Positions 1 through 7,630 of a stretch of 33,671 bases of DNA are shown here, one piece after another. This DNA comes from a virus. The stretch lies in the IMG/VR virus record IMGVR_UViG_3300017739_000046. One strand, written 5' to 3'. The translations under genes were made by a program, and so were the position numbers. Each line of letters opens with the position of its first letter. Positions within the stretch are counted from its first letter, which is position 1. The notes beneath the pieces were generated by a model. It saw only the letters and a program-made list of their open reading frames with translations. It did not search any database and was not told the DNA's origin.

Positions 1-123
1 TAATTTTCATTATTTTACAACGTAAATAAATAAAGGAATGTAATATGGCAAATGGTGATTTAACTAAAGAAATAGAATATGACAAAATAGAAGTTGTACA
101 AACATGGAGTATACAAGTTCGCA
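1..123. repeat. Terminal direct repeat, copy 1 (overlap closing a circular or circularly permuted genome)
   Basis: Bases 1..123 read identical to 33549..33671. The repeat runs from the last 25 nt of ORF 32923..33573 into the first 79 nt of ORF 45..359, so it cuts through coding sequence. Confidence 0.9.
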
Positions 124-359
124 GAGCAACAAAGGTAATGGAAGAACAAGCAGATGGTTCTAAAAAACAGCTAAGTCGTTCTTTTCATCGCCATGTATTG
201 CAACCATTTAATTCAATGAAAGGTTCTGATGGAAAGTGGACACATACTGCTACAGATTTAAGTGGTGAAGATGCTAGTGTTAAAGCTATAGCAGAAGCAG
301 CTTGGACTGATGCAGTTAAAGCTAATTATAAAACATTTACAGAAAGTCAGAGTATATAA
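45..359 (+). CDS. Hypothetical 104-aa protein, fibre-cassette small protein (paralog A)
   Basis: Intact ORF. It is 70/104 identical, without gaps, to ORF 1554..1868 by hand alignment. Its stop (357-359) lies 1 nt before the ATG of the fibre-like gene at 361. Confidence 0.75.
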   Translation: MANGDLTKEIEYDKIEVVQTWSIQVRRATKVMEEQADGSKKQLSRSFHRHVLQPFNSMKGSDGKWTHTATDLSGEDASVKAIAEAAWTDAVKANYKTFTESQSI

Positions 360-360
360 T

Positions 361-1533
361 ATGCCATACATAGGAAAAGGAGCAAACGGATTTGGAATTA
401 GGGAAAGGTATCGCTACTCTGCGAGTGGTAGTCAAACTGCATTTACTGGTAGTGACCTTGATAGTAAGACACTCCAGATAGATAATGGTTCACTTATAGA
501 TGTATACCTTAATGGTGTTCTGCTAGACACTGCTGATTACAATACCAATACTGCTAATCAAGTAACTCTTACATCTGGTGCTACGGCTTCTGATGAAGTG
601 ATGATTATAGTGTATGATGTCTTTAGCTTATCTGATGCTTTAAGTAAATCTGGTGGAGCGATGTCTGGAAGTATAACTAATTTTACTTCTACTGGTATAG
701 ATGACAATGCTGATGCTACGGCTATTACAATTACATCTGATGAAGCAGTAGGAATAGGCAAAAGTTTAACTCCAAATAATTATAGTGGGTATCAATCATT
801 AACTATAGGTGGTTCTGATGCAACTACTGGTGCAACTGTTGATTTAGAAGATAGTAGTGGAAATTTAGAGGGAAGAATTAATGGAACTAATGGGATTGTA
901 TATATAGAAGCAGACCCTAGTGGTGCAACTGGTGCAAGTAAAATTAGTCTTGAAGTAGATGGTTCTGCAAAAATGACAGTTCTTGATGGTGGAGATGTAA
1001 ATATTGCTAATGGCAACCTTGTTATAGGAACTGCTGGTAAAGGAATAGATTTTTCTGCACAAACTCATGCAACTTCAACTGGTGGTCACGGCAATCCTAC
1101 TGTTCAAAGTGAAGTCCTTTCACATTACGAAGAGGGGGAATTTAATTACGGAATGAACGTAAATATGACTCAAGAAACTAATGCTAATTATGGAAGATAT
1201 ACAAGGGTTGGTAATTTAGTAACTGTTAATGCTCGTATGGACATTGCTAGTGTTAGTGGAAGTAATACAGTATTTTTTGCTAATTTACCTTTTGCTGTTT
1301 CAGCCCATACTGGTAGTGGAAGAGTTGATAACTTATATATTGGCACTCTTCAAACATACAATGTAAGCAATGGTGGTTATGATGTAATGGGTAAAAATAT
1401 CTTATGTGAAAATGCAAGTGGAACTGCTTACGCTATGTACAGCGTTCATAATGGTAATCATGCATACATTTTAAATTCAATGGTTAGTACCTCAAGTGAA
1501 CTTTATATGACTTTAACCTATAGAACTGGTTAA
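361..1533 (+). CDS. Tail fibre / receptor-binding-like protein (390 aa)
   Basis: ATG at 361 follows the upstream stop; the 310 start in the ORF track overlaps the previous gene. The N-terminus (MPYIGKG...FTGS...VYLNGVLL..DY) is the type seen in podovirus fibre proteins, and a GGAMSGSI motif is present. The C-terminal domain (GNLVIGTAGKGIDFSA...YEEG...) is paralogous to 32923..33573. Confidence 0.7.
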   Translation: MPYIGKGANGFGIRERYRYSASGSQTAFTGSDLDSKTLQIDNGSLIDVYLNGVLLDTADYNTNTANQVTLTSGATASDEVMIIVYDVFSLSDALSKSGGAMSGSITNFTSTGIDDNADATAITITSDEAVGIGKSLTPNNYSGYQSLTIGGSDATTGATVDLEDSSGNLEGRINGTNGIVYIEADPSGATGASKISLEVDGSAKMTVLDGGDVNIANGNLVIGTAGKGIDFSAQTHATSTGGHGNPTVQSEVLSHYEEGEFNYGMNVNMTQETNANYGRYTRVGNLVTVNARMDIASVSGSNTVFFANLPFAVSAHTGSGRVDNLYIGTLQTYNVSNGGYDVMGKNILCENASGTAYAMYSVHNGNHAYILNSMVSTSSELYMTLTYRTG

Positions 1534-1553
1534 TTAACAAGGAGAAATAAATT

Positions 1554-1868
1554 ATGGCTCAAGGCGATATAACAAAAGAAATAGAATATGACAGAATTGA
1601 AGTAGTTAATCAGTGGTACATTCAATGTAGAGAAGCTACTAAAATTATGGAAGAACAAGCTGATGGTTCTTTAATGGAACTTAATAGAAACTTTTTAAGA
1701 TTTGCACTTACACCCTTTCATTCGGAGTTTGATGCTGATGGAAAATGGACACATACACCAACTGACTTATCCAAGTATGATGCAAAGATAAAAGCTATAG
1801 CTGAAGCTAGTTGGACAGATGACGTAAAGGCATTATACAAAACAGTTACAGAAAGTAAGAAGATATAA
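1554..1868 (+). CDS. Hypothetical 104-aa protein, fibre-cassette small protein (paralog B)
   Basis: An AAGGAG Shine-Dalgarno lies 9 nt upstream. Paralog of 45..359. Followed 3 nt later by another fibre-like gene. Confidence 0.8.
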   Translation: MAQGDITKEIEYDRIEVVNQWYIQCREATKIMEEQADGSLMELNRNFLRFALTPFHSEFDADGKWTHTPTDLSKYDAKIKAIAEASWTDDVKALYKTVTESKKI

Positions 1869-1871
1869 TAT

Positions 1872-2336
1872 ATGAGTAATGCACGAAACCTTGCCAATCT
1901 GTTAGGAACTGGAACTACTATATCTACCAGTAAATTAGGACTTACATTTTCTAATGGTTCAGCCACACAAGATGGTACATCAAATAATACAGTTTATGAT
2001 ATGGTTACTGGTCTTACAATTCCATCAAAAGCATTGATAGTAATTGGATATGATTTCAACCCAAAAAGTGGACAAAATGGTGTGCCAGGAAGTAATGCTA
2101 CTTGTTGGGTACTAATTACTGATAGTAGCAATTCTGCGATTGATAGTTCTACTGCTAGTAATATGGTAAATGCAAATCCAGTAGTTGGATATAGAAATGT
2201 TATTGGACAAGTAACTTATTTTAATGAAACTGGTTCAGACTTAACAAGCCATAAAATAAGAGCGCAACAATACGCTGATGGAACTCTAAATTCATCTGTA
2301 ATCACAATAAAATATAAAATTATAGGATTTGGTTAA
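1872..2336 (+). CDS. Small tail fibre / receptor-binding-like protein (154 aa)
   Basis: N-terminus MSNARNLANLLGTG resembles fibre N-termini, and the body is Ser/Thr/Asn/Gly-rich. It holds the same position after a 104-aa gene as 361..1533. Confidence 0.55.
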   Translation: MSNARNLANLLGTGTTISTSKLGLTFSNGSATQDGTSNNTVYDMVTGLTIPSKALIVIGYDFNPKSGQNGVPGSNATCWVLITDSSNSAIDSSTASNMVNANPVVGYRNVIGQVTYFNETGSDLTSHKIRAQQYADGTLNSSVITIKYKIIGFG

Positions 2337-2509
2337 TGCAAATAACTTGGGAAATGATTTTACATATTTATAAAGATGCCATTCCTAGTGATGGGTATAT
2401 AAATTGCGACATAGATAAAAACTATACACTTGTTTGGACAAGTGAAAGATATGCAGAACCTACAACTAAACAATTAGAAGATGCAAAAACAGAGATGGAT
2501 AAACTATAA
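2336..2509 (+). CDS. Hypothetical protein (57 aa)
   Basis: Hand-translated ORF below the track cutoff. Its ATG overlaps the upstream TAA (TAATG). Confidence 0.4.
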   Translation: MQITWEMILHIYKDAIPSDGYINCDIDKNYTLVWTSERYAEPTTKQLEDAKTEMDKL

Positions 2510-2538
2510 CTTTAATGTACACAACCTAGAGGTGACGT

Positions 2539-2655
2539 ATGCCACATATATATGATTTAAACCCACATTTAGCTCCTCCAGGCTGGGGTAAAAAGAAAGA
2601 GGAACCTAAGAAGAAGGAACCTAAAGAAAAGAAGGACAAACCTAAAAAGAAATGA
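2539..2655 (+). CDS. Hypothetical Lys-rich peptide (38 aa)
   Basis: Hand-translated. GAGGTGA lies upstream of the ATG, and the C-terminus is KKKEEPKKKEPKEKKDKPKKK. The stop overlaps the next ATG (ATGA). Confidence 0.3.
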   Translation: MPHIYDLNPHLAPPGWGKKKEEPKKKEPKEKKDKPKKK

Positions 2656-2822
2656 AACCGACTTTGCATAATTTAGATAAACGGCTGACTTCTTTTGAAA
2701 CTGTCTCTGATGAGAGATGGAAGGAAACCATATTGAGAATTAAAAGGCTAGAGGGGGTACTAATCGGCACGGCTGGAACGACAATATTGTTGTTAGTTGG
2801 TGTGCTAATGAGGGGGTCGTAA
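2652..2822 (+). CDS. Hypothetical small membrane protein (56 aa, C-terminal TM)
   Basis: Hand-translated. ATGA coupling upstream and TAATG coupling downstream. Hydrophobic stretch VLIGTAGTTILLLVGVLM. Confidence 0.45.
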   Translation: MKPTLHNLDKRLTSFETVSDERWKETILRIKRLEGVLIGTAGTTILLLVGVLMRGS

Positions 2823-3304
2823 TGGACCCCGTAAGTGCATTTGCTGTAGCCAGTTCGGCTTTTAAATTAATCCAGAAAGGTTTTGAAACAGGGCGATCGA
2901 TAGAGGGTATGTATGGTGACCTCGGTAAATGGATGGGAGCTATATCAGATGTTAAACACGCTCACTCAATGGCTCAAAAGCCTAGCATATTTAAGAAGGT
3001 GTTTGCTGGATCATCAATAGAGAAAGAAGCGTTAGATGCATTTGCTTTTAAGAAGAAAGCTGAAGAGATGGAAGACCAACTTCGCACCCATATAAACCTC
3101 GTTTATGGACCTAATTCTTGGTCGGAGATACTGAAGCTACAAGCCAAAATTCGTAAGGAAAGGCAACAACAAATATATGAAGTACAGGAGTTTAAAAGAA
3201 AAATTTTTAACATAGTTGGGATTATACTTTTATGCACAATTATAGGTGGTGTTGTGATGTGGATTGGATATTTATTTTACTTAAAAAGGATGGGTAATTT
3301 ATGA
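2822..3304 (+). CDS. Hypothetical tail-anchored membrane protein (160 aa)
   Basis: Intact ORF. The body looks helical and charged, and the C-terminal TM is IFNIVGIILLCTIIGGVVMWIGYLFYL. Confidence 0.7.
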   Translation: MDPVSAFAVASSAFKLIQKGFETGRSIEGMYGDLGKWMGAISDVKHAHSMAQKPSIFKKVFAGSSIEKEALDAFAFKKKAEEMEDQLRTHINLVYGPNSWSEILKLQAKIRKERQQQIYEVQEFKRKIFNIVGIILLCTIIGGVVMWIGYLFYLKRMGNL

Positions 3305-3522
3305 CAAAGATGACACAATTAGTAGAGCAATGGTCACACGCCATTGACAGTTTAAGGATTATACCAAGGGCGTTAATACTTTTTTATATGTATCTCACAT
3401 ACGCCACGGTGTTTTGGTATATGGGATTAGAGAACCCTACCCTACAGCAATCGGGCATGGTGTCAGTTATTACTTCTGCACAGGCTGTGGCCCTGGGATT
3501 GTTTATGGGTAAGTCTAGTTGA
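3301..3522 (+). CDS. Hypothetical membrane protein (73 aa, two TM segments)
   Basis: ATGA overlap with the upstream gene. Two hydrophobic stretches. Confidence 0.6.
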   Translation: MTKMTQLVEQWSHAIDSLRIIPRALILFYMYLTYATVFWYMGLENPTLQQSGMVSVITSAQAVALGLFMGKSS

Positions 3523-3701
3523 TATGGGTTTTAGTTGTGATACTCCAGGGAACAGATATAGAGCCAGACCATGTGTTCTTTACTGATATCAAGACTTGCA
3601 TTGAGTACAAAAAACTGGTCGTTGACCAAAACATCTCACAGAGAATTGCTGGGGATAAGGTTTACATCAAGGCTTATTGCATACCTTCAAAAGATAAATG
3701 A
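3519..3701 (+). CDS. Hypothetical protein (60 aa, hydrophobic N-terminus)
   Basis: Overlap-coupled ORF. N-terminus MIWVLVVILQG. No lipobox seen. Confidence 0.55.
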   Translation: MIWVLVVILQGTDIEPDHVFFTDIKTCIEYKKLVVDQNISQRIAGDKVYIKAYCIPSKDK

Positions 3702-3850
3702 CCGAACTAGAAGAAAAGGCACAGCTACTACGATTGCGAATAAATAAATTAAAGCATGAGTTGAAAGAGATTATGGAACAAAAAACGGACAAGGAAAAAG
3801 CAATATTTGTTTACGATAAAAAGGACCCACATTTTATCAAAAAGTTATGA
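3698..3850 (+). CDS. Hypothetical coiled-coil peptide (50 aa)
   Basis: Hand-translated. ATGA overlap with the upstream stop. Charged, heptad-like sequence. Confidence 0.4.
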   Translation: MTELEEKAQLLRLRINKLKHELKEIMEQKTDKEKAIFVYDKKDPHFIKKL

Positions 3851-3947
3851 GGGATGATTGTTTAATTTAAACTTTAATAAACTTAATTAAATTAATAATT
3901 GCTAATATTAATCTGCAATCATCTCTCGCCAAACAAAGGAGTAATAT

Positions 3948-4346
3948 ATGTTAGGAAGTATTATAGGCCCAATCAGTTCACTAGCTGGAACCTGGCTCCA
4001 GGGCAAAGTTGATAAAGCTAAAGCTGAAACGGATATCAAGGTAGCCAAAGCACAAGCAGAAGCCGAGGTGTATCGTACTTCTGCGACATCGGAAATGCTT
4101 AATGAACAGGCACTTACTGCACAAATGGCTGGGAGTTGGAAAGATGAATTTTGGACTATTATTTTTGGTGCTATTCTTGTGGCTTGTTTTGTTCCTTATA
4201 CTCAACCCTATGTAAAAGAAGGTTTTGATTTTCTTAATACATCAACTCCAACTTGGTTCTCTACTTGTTTATATATTTGTATTGGGAGTTCGTTTGGGTA
4301 TCGGTTTGGTAAGACAGGACTACAACTAATGAATAATAAAAAATGA
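3948..4346 (+). CDS. Holin-like membrane protein (3TM, GTA-holin-type architecture)
   Basis: AAGGAG Shine-Dalgarno. N-terminus MLGSIIGPISSLAG, then an Ala/Lys/Glu helix, then hydrophobic segments. It lies immediately upstream of the lysozyme gene. Confidence 0.55.
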   Translation: MLGSIIGPISSLAGTWLQGKVDKAKAETDIKVAKAQAEAEVYRTSATSEMLNEQALTAQMAGSWKDEFWTIIFGAILVACFVPYTQPYVKEGFDFLNTSTPTWFSTCLYICIGSSFGYRFGKTGLQLMNNKK

Positions 4347-4418
4347 CTACGTTAGAACTAGACATACTAATTGTGACTTACGTCTTTGGAATTTTATTAC
4401 TAATTTTTGGGAGTTAAC

Positions 4419-4862
4419 ATGAATATAAATCAGTTAAGAGAAGAAATAGCTATTGATGAAGGTATTAAGCTGGAAAGTTACCACGATCATTTAGGTTTAA
4501 AAACAGTAGGTATTGGACATTTATGCAGAGATGATGAACCAGAATATGATCTGCCTTTAGGCACTAAGATTAGTGAAGAAAGATGCAATGAGTTGTTTGA
4601 TAAAGATATTAAAATGACCATTAAAGATTGTAAAAAATTATATAAAGACTTTAATGATTTACCAGAAGAAGCCAAAAGAATAATAGCTAATATGATGTTT
4701 AATCTAGGCTATCCCAGGCTATCTAAATTTAAAAAGATGAAAGAAGCTGTCGATAATCGGGATTGGTTTGAAGCTAGTGTTCAGATGACCGACAGCCGTT
4801 GGTATAATCAAGTTACTAACCGTGCCAAAAGGTTAGTTGATAGAATGAAAGCTATTACTTAA
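4419..4862 (+). CDS. Endolysin, T4-lysozyme-like (GH24)
   Basis: Aligns by hand with T4 lysozyme: IDEG (catalytic Glu), HDHLG..TVGIGH (Asp/Thr) and SRWYNQVTNRAKR against SRWYNQTPNRAKR. ATG 4419 has a GGGAG 5 nt upstream. The track start at 4407 is a TTG. Confidence 0.93.
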   Translation: MNINQLREEIAIDEGIKLESYHDHLGLKTVGIGHLCRDDEPEYDLPLGTKISEERCNELFDKDIKMTIKDCKKLYKDFNDLPEEAKRIIANMMFNLGYPRLSKFKKMKEAVDNRDWFEASVQMTDSRWYNQVTNRAKRLVDRMKAIT

Positions 4863-5101
4863 TCTAATATACGGATAGACCTAGCCCTACCCGTCTGTCT
4901 TTCTATAACTTTACGTTCCTCTAACTTAGTCAGCAAACGGTGAATGTTACCCGTTGAACTGCTTTTTTCAATTACTTGCTGACCTTCTATCTGGCCTAAA
5001 GATATTTCACGGACACTAGGAAAGATGCCGTACACATTATTAAACCTTTTTATAAAAGCAAATACGTCTTGTTGCCTGGAAGTAAGCCCAAAATTATTCA
5101 T
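4859..5101 (-). CDS. LexA N-terminal DNA-binding-domain-only protein (80 aa)
   Basis: LTSRQQDVFAFIKRF..G.FPSVREIS and STGNIHRLLTKLEERKVIERQTGRARSIRIL align with E. coli LexA residues 1-70. The ORF ends where the LexA hinge would begin, so there is no S24 peptidase domain. Confidence 0.8.
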   Translation of the reverse strand: MNNFGLTSRQQDVFAFIKRFNNVYGIFPSVREISLGQIEGQQVIEKSSSTGNIHRLLTKLEERKVIERQTGRARSIRILD

Positions 5102-5984
5102 CTTCTGTAGCTCCTAAAAATTTATTATATTCAATACGCTTATCGTACAGTTCTGTCCTAAGAGCTTCTTCCATGCTTTCTTCCATAACAACCCGATTAA
5201 TTTTTTCTAGCTGTTTTAGGTTGGTCCGTTTTTCTGCATTAGTGAAGCCGTCATAGTCTATACAATTTTTCATCATCTCCAGATATTTAACCACCCAATC
5301 CTCGATACGCTCATATTTATCTATTTTGCCATTAGGAAAGTGAAACAAAAAGTCAGATGGTACTTCTTTCTCGATTTGAGGGGTTTCTACGGGGGGTAAC
5401 TGTTCATGGAGTGGTTTCGTATCAGTAATAGATACTTTAGCATCTTGTACAGGGTTTATATGAGGAATATTTTTGTCCTCTGGATAATCTCTAGCTTCTT
5501 CTGCTGTGATAAGACCTTTCAATACATCTGGGAAACTATCTCTTAGTGCATTACCCCTGGCCCTCATCTGCAACATACGATTTGGATATTGTTGCCAGGG
5601 TCCAGCTTTATTCCACAACTTAGCTTTGACAGCATCATCTTTGCTAAAGGTTCTGACGATATCTTCTATGCTCCCGTCAATGTGTCTACGCTTAACAGTA
5701 CAGACAGCCGTTTCTCCATCCATCTTTTCTTCAACACCGACACAGCGATTATCAGAACGGGCCAATGCTAACAATGCATCACCATATAATGATGGCTTAC
5801 CATTTATAACGGCTATGTTCTGTAATGATTGCATTGGATTTAAACCAATCTCTTGACCCCATTGTATAGCAACAAGGCAGTTTGCTTGTTTTCCCTGGTA
5901 GGCTTGTGGCACTAAGGCTGACTTAGATACAACTTCTGCCATCTGCATCATGCCTGTCATGTCTAGCTTCATTAAATTACTCAT
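5094..5984 (-). CDS. RecT/Redbeta-family single-strand annealing protein
   Basis: GLNPMQSLQNI..INGKP and GPWQQYPNRMLQMRARGNALRDSFPDV align with lambda Bet GPWQSHPKRMLRHKAMIQCARLAF. Adjacent to the exonuclease gene. Confidence 0.85.
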   Translation of the reverse strand: MSNLMKLDMTGMMQMAEVVSKSALVPQAYQGKQANCLVAIQWGQEIGLNPMQSLQNIAVINGKPSLYGDALLALARSDNRCVGVEEKMDGETAVCTVKRRHIDGSIEDIVRTFSKDDAVKAKLWNKAGPWQQYPNRMLQMRARGNALRDSFPDVLKGLITAEEARDYPEDKNIPHINPVQDAKVSITDTKPLHEQLPPVETPQIEKEVPSDFLFHFPNGKIDKYERIEDWVVKYLEMMKNCIDYDGFTNAEKRTNLKQLEKINRVVMEESMEEALRTELYDKRIEYNKFLGATEDE

Positions 5985-6885
5985 GTGATATCTCCTTTAT
6001 AGAAAAAATGTGACCTGGTACTTCCTCATTAGTCTCAATTTGTTTACGTTTCTTTCTCATAATGTCCTGGCTTTTCAGTACATAATTTTTAGTGTAGCCC
6101 TGTTCGACACCAATACTTTCTAGCTGAATAATGATCCCGTCTTTTATGTTTTGGGCTTCCTTGGTTTTCCTACGGGCTTCAGCCATGCATTGCAGATAAT
6201 CACCACAAAGCTCATCAAGGTCCTGGTTACTATCTTTTAGCAACTCAACCAGATTGACAGCTTCTACAACGGGTTCTTTTAATGGTGCATAATCTTCATC
6301 ATTCTTTACCAGGCTCCAAAACTCATTAACCTTAAATAAAATTGTACCAATCAATTCTTCATCTCTAGGTACAGGATATATTTTAAGATGACCTTTTTGA
6401 TTTAAAACAGCAACGATACCCCAATTATATCCAGAGCAGATCATTTGATGATGTACCTGGATAACCCATTCTTCCCTCACCTTGTCCATGTGATAAAAGT
6501 CTGTTTTAATTTCCAGGATACCGTCACCGTTAAAAGTATAATCTTCCTGGGTAATAGGATCAGTTATATTTATACCTAAATCTGATGATATGATTGCATC
6601 AATCGAAGCTCCCATTTTATGCTCTTTATTTTGATGTGCAAACTCTGGCATTTCAAAACTAGCGTGTAATTGTTTACAGGCCCATTTTGCTATTCCTTCT
6701 TCCAGGAAGTTACCACGGTCTTGTGCCTGGCTAGGTCTGTACTCATTTAATTTTTCAACACCAGCGATTGTAGCACGATGATTGTCCAGGACCTTCTGGT
6801 TTGTTGTATAAGCTGTTCTGCCTAAAACAATAGCTGGACATTCGCTTGATCCGATTTCTTTACCGACTTGTGTAAACTTTGGCAT
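5977..6885 (-). CDS. YqaJ / lambda-Exo-like PD-(D/E)XK exonuclease
   Basis: ASIDAI ... GILEIKT (D...ExK motif), with the typical YqaJ N-terminus (ECPAIVLG). Start chosen at ATG 6885, which has GGGGAG 6 nt upstream. The track start is 6900. Confidence 0.8.
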   Translation of the reverse strand: MPKFTQVGKEIGSSECPAIVLGRTAYTTNQKVLDNHRATIAGVEKLNEYRPSQAQDRGNFLEEGIAKWACKQLHASFEMPEFAHQNKEHKMGASIDAIISSDLGINITDPITQEDYTFNGDGILEIKTDFYHMDKVREEWVIQVHHQMICSGYNWGIVAVLNQKGHLKIYPVPRDEELIGTILFKVNEFWSLVKNDEDYAPLKEPVVEAVNLVELLKDSNQDLDELCGDYLQCMAEARRKTKEAQNIKDGIIIQLESIGVEQGYTKNYVLKSQDIMRKKRKQIETNEEVPGHIFSIKEISHE

Positions 6886-6886
6886 A

Positions 6887-7153
6887 TTACACTCCCCCAT
6901 AATAATAGTAGCAATTATCGGTCAAGACACAGCTAAACATTAACAGCAAATATGCCATTGCTAATACACCACCAAATGCTATAACTGACAGTACAATTCG
7001 GAATACAGATCGTAACAGAAATCCTGTTTCTGTCTGTCTGTTATCCCTATTCTGTTCTATAAGGCTATTAAGTAGGAACTCAAAATCACGGTTAATATAT
7101 ATTATGCGACATCTTGTTATAAATATGTCCATTAGGTGTAGTAATACACTCAT
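6887..7153 (-). CDS. Hypothetical small membrane protein (88 aa)
   Basis: GGAGAG Shine-Dalgarno. One TM segment (IVLSVIAFGGVLAMAYLLLMF). Confidence 0.6.
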   Translation of the reverse strand: MSVLLHLMDIFITRCRIIYINRDFEFLLNSLIEQNRDNRQTETGFLLRSVFRIVLSVIAFGGVLAMAYLLLMFSCVLTDNCYYYYGGV

Positions 7154-7238
7154 ATTTTACTCTCCATCAATTTTATACAAGCTCTAAAGGTAAACCTACA
7201 CCCCGTTTGGTGCTTGTACGTTGTTATATTTAAAGATT

Positions 7239-7616
7239 TTAGCCAGTAAAGCTATCATCATCTTCAAACTTTTTCTTTAGCTCTTCATTACCTGTAACGT
7301 CTGACAAACCAGCCCAGTTATCATACACAAGTTTTTCACCACCCTGGTATAATTTGCGTGGGTCTTTCCATTGTTTCTCCAGACGGGCATGAGCCATCAT
7401 AAGGGAAGATTGAGCCATAAAACACTTTTCTGAATTATCACTTCTGGTGTTCTTCAGAATTTTGTCTAAATCATGTGCAAGGTCCTTAAATACATTACTA
7501 GCCGTTTTTATATGATCTGGATGTATCATTGGTACATTTATTCGTTTCGACATTCTCAGTATCCCAGCCCGTACTGACATCATGGTTGCATTATATTTTA
7601 GTCTAGTGTTTCTCAT
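7239..7616 (-). CDS. Hypothetical protein (125 aa)
   Basis: AGGAAG Shine-Dalgarno. Looks helical. No family recognised. Confidence 0.65.
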   Translation of the reverse strand: MRNTRLKYNATMMSVRAGILRMSKRINVPMIHPDHIKTASNVFKDLAHDLDKILKNTRSDNSEKCFMAQSSLMMAHARLEKQWKDPRKLYQGGEKLVYDNWAGLSDVTGNEELKKKFEDDDSFTG

Positions 7617-7630
7617 AGTTCAATCTTCCT

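Noticed and set aside
1-123. The 123-bp end repeat as a biological T7-style direct terminal repeat
   Set aside because: It spans a stop codon, an intergenic spacer and the first 79 nt of a gene, and has no distinctive end features. An assembly overlap is the simpler explanation. This cannot be excluded without read-level data.
310-360. Longer N-terminal extensions offered by the ORF track (310 for the fibre-like gene, and likewise 4407 TTG, 6900, 10216, 11567, 13073, 14601 and 23390)
   Set aside because: Each extension overlaps the preceding gene or lacks a ribosome-binding site. In each case an internal ATG sits right after the upstream stop or behind a clear Shine-Dalgarno.
1-2336. A Gin/Hin-type invertible host-range switch driven by the serine recombinase
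   Set aside because: All fibre cassettes are on the same strand. I found no inverted crossover sites flanking them. The recombinase gene is about 7 kb away in the regulatory arm. The possibility is left open only as deletion or other activity in the recombinase finding.
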